Source: Terrimicrobiaceae bacterium
Lineage (GTDB): Bacteria > Verrucomicrobiota > Verrucomicrobiia > Chthoniobacterales > Terrimicrobiaceae
NCBI GenBank assembly: GCA_041752695.1
Contig: JBGSVZ010000038.1
Span: 64,001 to 128,000, forward strand
Direction: 5' to 3'
DNA length: 64,000 nt
A program made the position numbers and the translations under genes. Position 1 is the first letter of the stretch; every line of letters starts with the position of its first letter. Of the stretch, positions 58,248-64,000 are shown in pieces. A model generated the notes under the pieces. It saw nothing but the letters and a program-made list of their open reading frames with translations. It made no database searches and had not been told where the DNA came from.

Positions 58248-59384
58248 TTAGGCTGCGGAGGCGGCGAGAGGGTCGAGATAGAGGAGCCGCTGGAAGCGCC
58301 TCCTTTGGATAATTTCCCCGTCGCGAATATCCCAACGCTCAACCCCTGGGAGTCTCGCGGGCTGGCTGGCATTGAGCATTTTTGCGTCCCCCCCAAGGCC
58401 GCCGAAGGTGCCTTTTGGTTTTTCGGGCCGCTCATCTCGAGGGAGGAGGGACCACTTGCATCCGCATAAAAAAGCCGTCGCCATGGAGAGACGGGCGACG
58501 GTCAACCGCCCGCTCAAATGGATCCAGGCGTGTAGGCTCTTGCCTGCCGCGTCCACTACCGCAGCGAGGCGGAGTCCCATGACATCGCGCAACCATAGGA
58601 TGATTCCCGCCTGCATAGCCTTGTCGGCGGAATCGCATTCGAAAACGAAAAACTGGCGTTGGATAAATTCGTCTTTTCTTGCGAAAATTCCTTGGGGGAA
58701 CACACCCATGCTGACGAATGCTCCCCAGCTCATAGGGGCTCCCCGGCGGCCCCGGTGACTCCCGAGACGGTGGCCCCAAAGGGATGGCGGTTGGAAATGA
58801 TCTACCGCCTTTCGCCCCGATGAAAAAGGCATGCCTATCCAGAGGTTGGGGGTATCCATGCTGGTGTCGTGCAGGGCCAAAAACCGCTCGGTCTGCTCCC
58901 GGGGATCGAGGGGGATCGCGCAAGGGCTGGAGGCAATGAGATCCGCCACGCTGGCGGGTTTGATCCGCGCTCTCTGCGCGAGGCCACGCCGTGCGAGAGC
59001 GAGGGCGTCGTAGTCCCCTACTGGCTTAGGCTGGGGAAACGGACAAACCCAGGGCTTGGCCTTGCGCGGCGCTTTCCCGCCCTCCGTGGCGCGTCGCAGC
59101 TCGCCCCATAGTTGATCCACCAGGGGGCGGCACGACTCATGCCTGCACCACACCCGGAGGGATTTGCCACGGATCCAGACGCGGAATTCCGAGTCATCAT
59201 TTTCCGTCGAATGCACAGGCTGGCCGTCAACCTCCCGAAACGGGCATGGGCCGGTGTAATCCGCATCCTCTCCTTGAGGATTCGGAGCCTCTGTCAGGCC
59301 GGGAACCAACCTCGCCACGGCCTCCCTGCGGAGCCGCAGGAGCTTTTCCGTGGCCTCGCCCTCGACTCGGAGATGGTCGCTCAT
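58248..59384 (-). CDS. Putative DNA primase (Zn-binding N-terminus plus RepB/prim-pol-like domain)
   Basis: CPF...H...C.H.SC; FFVFECD; VVDAAGKSLHAWI; SQPARLPG; directly upstream of the D5 helicase. Confidence 0.75.
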   Translation of the reverse strand: MSDHLRVEGEATEKLLRLRREAVARLVPGLTEAPNPQGEDADYTGPCPFREVDGQPVHSTENDDSEFRVWIRGKSLRVWCRHESCRPLVDQLWGELRRATEGGKAPRKAKPWVCPFPQPKPVGDYDALALARRGLAQRARIKPASVADLIASSPCAIPLDPREQTERFLALHDTSMDTPNLWIGMPFSSGRKAVDHFQPPSLWGHRLGSHRGRRGAPMSWGAFVSMGVFPQGIFARKDEFIQRQFFVFECDSADKAMQAGIILWLRDVMGLRLAAVVDAAGKSLHAWIHLSGRLTVARLSMATAFLCGCKWSLLPRDERPEKPKGTFGGLGGDAKMLNASQPARLPGVERWDIRDGEIIQRRRFQRLLYLDPLAASAA

Positions 59385-59644
59385 AGCTCAAATCCTCCCA
59401 GTAGATTTGTGTTTTTCGGCCTGCGGCCCCGGGCGGGAGGCGTAAAGGCGAGCAGCTCCTCCACCGCGAGATAAGTCTGACAGCCAAGTTCGAGTTTTCG
59501 CAAATTTCCCCTTATCACCCAACCCCAAACGGTGGGGGTTGGGAGTTCGAGAATTTCGGCGGCCTGGGCGACAGTGAGCACGGGGCCTGCGGCCGGGTGG
59601 GTCAAGAGGAGAGGGATACTCTCCCGTAGTTTTTCTTTTTTCAT
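59381..59644 (-). CDS. Excisionase-like HTH DNA-binding protein
   Basis: LTVAQAAEILELPTPTVWGWVIRGNL; ATGA overlap with the primase. Confidence 0.8.
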   Translation of the reverse strand: MKKEKLRESIPLLLTHPAAGPVLTVAQAAEILELPTPTVWGWVIRGNLRKLELGCQTYLAVEELLAFTPPARGRRPKNTNLLGGFEL

Positions 59645-59754
59645 AGCGTTTCCTTTTTTTGGGAAACGCGAGCGGCTTTCAGGATCTTCGCCCCGTGTCA
59701 TTGCCCGGGGTCGGGGCCGCGTCCAAAGTTCGCGTCTTTTTGTTTCTTAGAGGA

Positions 59755-60105
59755 TTAGAGGATCCCCCCAGCGCGGAGGAGATCCGCTGCGTCTTTTATT
59801 TCTTTGAGTTTTGCATCGCCGCCGGCCCAAAAAGCCTGGTGGATAATTTCGTTTAGGTCGCTCCCTTTTCGGATTTCGAACTGCACGTCCTCCCAGCCGT
59901 AGACGACTTGGGGATTTGGGTCGTACTTACCGTAAGGCATCAAACAAAGTCGCAAAGCCTCGAGCTTTGCGGCGTAAGGGATGTTCTCCGGTTCGGAGTT
60001 GGGGTTTTGGAGGCGGTTTGCGGCCTCTCCTAGCACTTCCGTTAGCGGCCTCATGGGGGCGCTGGTTTCGTGCAAGTCTTCTGTTTCTTCGAGTTCTGTT
60101 TCCAT
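59755..60105 (-). CDS. Hypothetical protein
   Basis: 116-aa ATG ORF in the same operon, A-rich leader. Confidence 0.6.
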   Translation of the reverse strand: METELEETEDLHETSAPMRPLTEVLGEAANRLQNPNSEPENIPYAAKLEALRLCLMPYGKYDPNPQVVYGWEDVQFEIRKGSDLNEIIHQAFWAGGDAKLKEIKDAADLLRAGGIL

Positions 60106-60129
60106 TTTTTTGGTACTTTCAAGCGTCCT

Positions 60130-60453
60130 CTAATTAAGTTTCCCCGCGTCTGCCGGACGCAATTCTTCCGCGAGGTGGTTGGGTTTGGATCTCGCGGTGG
60201 CGTCTCTGCCTTGTGTTCTCGCCCTCTTGCGCCCCGAGTGGGGCGGGAGGTGAACCCGCTTTCGACTCCTGTCGCTCCCTAGAGAGCCGTTTTGTCGATA
60301 CCCAAAACCTATGACATCTGCGTAATCAATGCAATGTTTTTTTATTAGCTTTTGGGGGTTAAGTTTCTTTACCTTACCCCTCCGAGCCGCTTGTTTCCTT
60401 ACTCTCCGTGTTTCGAGATACCCGAAAATAAATCGAAAAAAAGTTATGCGCAC
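60130..60453 (-). CDS. Hypothetical basic protein (start uncertain)
   Basis: 107-aa ORF co-oriented with the replication operon; no family recognised. Confidence 0.4.
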   Translation of the reverse strand: MRITFFRFIFGYLETRRVRKQAARRGKVKKLNPQKLIKKHCIDYADVIGFGYRQNGSLGSDRSRKRVHLPPHSGRKRARTQGRDATARSKPNHLAEELRPADAGKLN

Positions 60454-60581
60454 CTATTTTCTCCCTGCCAGAATCCCCCAAGCCCTTTTAGTCTTGTCGA
60501 TTACTTTTCTAAACCCAAAAAATAGTTAACAAACTGCCCTTTTTCGTGTCGGAAATTTTCCCAGATCGCCAAAATGGAGCC

Positions 60582-60776
60582 GGGGACAGCTTTTATCTGT
60601 CCCCAAAAATCCGGGACAGCTTTTTGTAACCCCCTGATAATAAGCGCCTTGCAAGGATTGGGGACAGATTTTAGTGATTCCCCTAGAAAGTAGCGTACGT
60701 ACGCGTGTGTGTGCGTGTGAGGGGAGGTTGTACAAAAGCCGGAAAAACCTGCCCCGGGACAGCTTTTTCTGTCCCC
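60582..60776. repeat. Iteron-like cluster, putative replication origin of the element
   Basis: GGGACAG at 60583, 60613, 60661 and 60756; inverted CTGTCCC at 60597 and 60769; central GCGTACGTACGC palindrome and (GT)n tract; AT-rich stretch to the left. Confidence 0.8.
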
Positions 60777-60887
60777 GAACCCCTTCGCCCCTGGAGCCCA
60801 AGGACACTGCACCACCCCGCCGCAGGCAGGGTGTGCAGGTAATATGTCCGGGCTCCTACTACATCTAGTTGACGCCCGCACAGGGCC

Positions 60888-61916
60888 ATGAAATCAACCC
60901 GCCTTTTGAGCAAATCGGAAAGTAAGCACGAGGACCTCACCAGCAAAAAACACGCTGAAGATAAAAAGAAGAACGAGAGCTTCAGGGATCGGGAATGGGT
61001 CAGCTCCTCCGAACCCACCCCCCGGGACTCCGTCCCAGGCCTGGAAGGGCCTTGGCGAGGTGAGGCCAGCGGGCTTAGTTATTTCTGGCTTTTGGGGGAC
61101 CTCCAACGCTGCGATCCAAAAGACATCTACCGCGAGAGGGAGAGGCTCCGAAAACAACACACCCATTATCGCGTTGCTATGCAGCGCAAAACCAAAAAGG
61201 GAATCGTCCGGGAGGCAGAAGTCCGAAGGAAACTCCGCTCCCCCGTCCGCACGCTGAATGTGACCTTCGCCCCGTGGACTTTGAGGGCGCTACGCCTCGC
61301 CCCCAAGTGGGAGCAGGACGAAACATTGGGGAAAGCTTTCCGAGCCGCTACAGAGGCTCTGGACGCCAAAGGGCTGCGGCCTTTTGGGTGCGACGTGCAT
61401 TTAGACACCCCGCAGGCCCACGGCTCAATTCACATGCTCTGTTTGGATCCCCAGACGGAGCGCATGGTCCTCATGCCGTCCCAAAGCACCTGGACCTTGG
61501 CGAGCGAGAGGCTCCGCCGAGCTGGCATCGAGCACACAGATGAGCAGAAACGAAAATGGCTGGATGATAATCTCGCGAGGAACGGAGAGACCGCAGACCT
61601 CGCGGCCTTTCGTGCGGCCGATGCGGTCTTAGACGCTTGGGCAAAGGACACAGGAAGATCCGAGGAAGTCGCTAAATATTTGAAAGAATACGCCCCCTGG
61701 AGGGAGGGCCGGCAGGTGAAAAAGGAAAGCAAGCATTTGATCTGGCGATTGCAACACCTGGAGCGCCAAGCACGGCGCCTGGGTATCCTGCGGGGGACCT
61801 TGGTCGTCCCCGCCTTGATCTCTCTGGCGGGCCTGCAAACGCGAAACAAGGTCGAAAAGGAAAAACAGCTCGAACGAGAGCTGCGAAACCTATGCTCAAT
61901 AGACAGGCTTAACTAA
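60888..61916 (+). CDS. Putative HUH relaxase/Mob-like protein
   Basis: GCDVHLDTPQAHGSIH resembles the HxD...HxH motif of Mob/Pre relaxases; helical C-terminus. Confidence 0.5.
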   Translation: MKSTRLLSKSESKHEDLTSKKHAEDKKKNESFRDREWVSSSEPTPRDSVPGLEGPWRGEASGLSYFWLLGDLQRCDPKDIYRERERLRKQHTHYRVAMQRKTKKGIVREAEVRRKLRSPVRTLNVTFAPWTLRALRLAPKWEQDETLGKAFRAATEALDAKGLRPFGCDVHLDTPQAHGSIHMLCLDPQTERMVLMPSQSTWTLASERLRRAGIEHTDEQKRKWLDDNLARNGETADLAAFRAADAVLDAWAKDTGRSEEVAKYLKEYAPWREGRQVKKESKHLIWRLQHLERQARRLGILRGTLVVPALISLAGLQTRNKVEKEKQLERELRNLCSIDRLN

Positions 61917-61978
61917 CAATTATTTATCACAATAAATTTACGGAGACAAACTAAGTGCGAGACATTAAATCCAAAACC

Positions 61979-62362
61979 ATGAACGAAACAGAACGCCTTA
62001 TTTTTCAAGTAGGCCACCTCCGTAGGTTGGTAATTTTGCTGATGGCGGTAGTCATCCGTCTGGCATTCAGCAAGAGCAAAGAGGCTCAAGAGCTTCTGAT
62101 CGAGAGGCTGGCCGCCTCTGCCGCCCCCCTCACGGCGATTGATGGCGAGAGCATCTCGCGGGAGATCCCCGAGCTGGCACACGTCCCTAGGCAAATTAAG
62201 GAGCGTCGTCGAATCCAGAAAGAATTTGAAGAAGAGCAGCGTTGGTTTCGTGAAATTTTCGAGAAAATTGTTATTGGCGCGAGAAAGCCGGGGAAGGTTT
62301 TACCTGTTTCGCCTTCCCCGGCTACGCCCGCCAAAAAAGAAGAGGAACAACCTCCCCTCTAA
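61979..62362 (+). CDS. Hypothetical protein
   Basis: ATG ORF with a hydrophobic segment, in the rightward operon. Confidence 0.55.
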   Translation: MNETERLIFQVGHLRRLVILLMAVVIRLAFSKSKEAQELLIERLAASAAPLTAIDGESISREIPELAHVPRQIKERRRIQKEFEEEQRWFREIFEKIVIGARKPGKVLPVSPSPATPAKKEEEQPPL

Positions 62363-62365
62363 GTC

Positions 62366-62578
62366 ATGGAATGGAGTCGGTATAAGGCGTCCCTGCGGCC
62401 CGTCCCTAAAAAAGGCGAGAGCGAAAGCTACGCACGGCCTGAAACGCTGGCCAGTGTCTCGGAAATCAAGCAAGGAACTTTCCTTCATTTACCTAAAACC
62501 TCCCGGACCTGGGAAGTCGTGGCACTCGAATTTCTCGGCAAAGAAAAAACACCGCAGTTGGAGGATCGCGTCGTATGA
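62366..62578 (+). CDS. Small hypothetical protein
   Basis: Tightly packed: 3 bp after the previous stop, ATGA overlap with the next gene. Confidence 0.55.
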   Translation: MEWSRYKASLRPVPKKGESESYARPETLASVSEIKQGTFLHLPKTSRTWEVVALEFLGKEKTPQLEDRVV

Positions 62579-63291
62579 GTTATCGCGAGTACCAGTCGAA
62601 AAGGGATAGGGAATACGAGTTGGCCTGGGCTCGCTTGACACCTTCGCAAAGGGCAGAGATGACCAAGGCAGGCATTCACGGGCCGCTGGTGCATCATGAT
62701 AAGACTTCGAGGAAACAAGACGACGAACCCCCCCACGACCCGCTAGACCATACTCCCACGCTCTTTCTCGCCCCCCAAGAATCCCGCCGAGACGAATTTC
62801 TCCAACGCCTCCGCGACAAGGTTCCCATGGCCTCCCTCCAAGTTCTGAAAGCCTGCGCAGAACTATTTGAGGAGGAGGTTGAAAAACCCGCCCAAAAGCT
62901 CCGCCAAGCCGAGGCCGCGAATATCGTCACGAGGGTTCTCTTGGTCCTGACAGGCGCAAAGAAAGGCGCAGAGAAAACCGAAATCCCCGCCCTCACGAAA
63001 GTCGCGTTTTATCTCATGACGATTATTGGAATTCTCGACGCCAAATCCCAAGCCGCCGCCGCCGCAAAGCTGGGAATGATCCGACAAACATTCAACAAGG
63101 CGGTTAACGAGATGCGGGATTCCCCTCACCTCAACGGCCTCGAGATTTTCATCTTTGGGGGAACGAAAGAGGCCCGGACAGCCGCGAAAATCCGCGCAAC
63201 AGAAGATCACAAGAACAAACGACTATGCAACCAGAACCAACCGCCACAGACATCATTCCTCGCTCAACTCCGCTCCCGGATGGCAGCGTAA
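62575..63291 (+). CDS. Hypothetical protein with a possible C-terminal HTH
   Basis: SQAAAAAKLGMIRQTFNKAV. Confidence 0.6.
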   Translation: MSYREYQSKRDREYELAWARLTPSQRAEMTKAGIHGPLVHHDKTSRKQDDEPPHDPLDHTPTLFLAPQESRRDEFLQRLRDKVPMASLQVLKACAELFEEEVEKPAQKLRQAEAANIVTRVLLVLTGAKKGAEKTEIPALTKVAFYLMTIIGILDAKSQAAAAAKLGMIRQTFNKAVNEMRDSPHLNGLEIFIFGGTKEARTAAKIRATEDHKNKRLCNQNQPPQTSFLAQLRSRMAA

Positions 63292-63995
63292 CAACCATCA
63301 CAGAAGGGGACATCCTTATCGCCTACGAGGCTCTCATGGCCTCTGTAGAGGGCTGCTTGCGAAAAGCGCAAGAGGCGCATTTTAATATGTATCGCCTCGG
63401 CAAACTCCTATCCCAAAAACAAGAAGAGTTCGTCGAAAAAGGCCAGAGAGAGCAAGGTGTTGGGTTCAAAGCGTGGCTCAAAGAAAAATGTCCAGTCGTC
63501 TCAAAAACGACAGCCTACGAGTGCATTTTCATCTACAGGGAAATCCAAAAGTTGTTAGTCCTTCGTGAAGGACTAACGGATTCCGCCCCAGAAACCACCA
63601 CGTTCCTCGCCGCCTACGAGTCCCTGAGTCTCCCAGAAACTACCTCGTTCCTTGCAATCTACAATTTCTTCAAAAAGGCGGAAGCGGAGCAAAAGCAAAC
63701 GCAAGAGAAGCCGGTCCTACAGGAACCCACCCCCGAAGATCTCGCCCTCAAGGAGAAAAAGGAGGACGAAAAAGCTACGCAAAAGCTCAAAAACGTCCTC
63801 CACCGCTTTTGGGCGACTGTGATTTCCCGCCCTGTCGACAGGTGGAAACAAGGCGAGCAGCGGGAATACGTCACAGACCTCCGCCTGCGGGCAAAGTTGG
63901 TTAAAGATGCCGGTATCAAAGCCGATGGTTTCAAGGTCCGCAAAGACGGAGTCATCGAAATTGATATCCAAATCGAAGAAGAAAAAATCTCATGA
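63225..63995 (+). CDS. DUF3102-like phage/element protein
   Basis: RLGKLL...GFKAWLKEKC..VSKTTAY pattern; the next ORF starts at 63992 by ATGA overlap. Confidence 0.65.
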   Translation: MQPEPTATDIIPRSTPLPDGSVTTITEGDILIAYEALMASVEGCLRKAQEAHFNMYRLGKLLSQKQEEFVEKGQREQGVGFKAWLKEKCPVVSKTTAYECIFIYREIQKLLVLREGLTDSAPETTTFLAAYESLSLPETTSFLAIYNFFKKAEAEQKQTQEKPVLQEPTPEDLALKEKKEDEKATQKLKNVLHRFWATVISRPVDRWKQGEQREYVTDLRLRAKLVKDAGIKADGFKVRKDGVIEIDIQIEEEKIS

Positions 63996-64000
63996 AAAAC

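Larger units (their letters stand above)
50649..64000. mobile_element. Integrated element (satellite/IME-like) inserted in tRNA-Ala; right end is beyond the window
   Basis: Broken tRNA at the left edge, arm-like repeats, D5/P4 primase-helicase, primase, excisionase-like HTH, iteron cluster, HUH-like gene, DUF3102-like gene; visibly different composition. Confidence 0.85.

Overview
GC-rich bacterial chromosome segment, most likely Verrucomicrobiota (Spartobacteria/Chthoniobacterales-like; inferred from the Verru_Chthon A-D cassette and a PEP-CTERM gene). There are four zones. (1) 1-13971 is core-like. It starts with a large minus-strand FkbH-ACP-alpha/beta-hydrolase fusion that the ORF track misses because it runs off the left edge, then pfkB-like kinase, nuoBC, rnd, nadC, ctpA, tsaD, a thioredoxin-like gene and a REC-GGDEF-EAL gene. 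(2) About 14000-42900 is a 29-kb accessory glycan-processing island ending at tRNA-Asn. It holds two GH16, a GH50-like enzyme, a GH94, five SGNH/GDSL esterases, LacI, PEP-CTERM, a Verru_Chthon prepilin cassette, several deletion scars and IS remnants. A palindrome GTTAAC-N-GTTAAC recurs at four of its promoter regions. (3) 43100-50540 is core-like: sulfotransferase, glycerate kinase, fabD, DUF2339, nadA, GIY-YIG. (4) 50649 to the window end is an integrated mobile element that appears to have split the host tRNA-Ala(CGC) just after the anticodon without restoring it. It carries its own complete, sequence-divergent tRNA-Ala(CGC) 133 bp inside the junction, a large secreted HExxH-tipped protein with a coupled partner gene, a primase plus D5/P4 helicase, an iteron-type origin and an HUH relaxase-like gene. 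Its integrase and right end are not in the window. All calls come from reading motifs by eye; no database searches or composition calculations were run.
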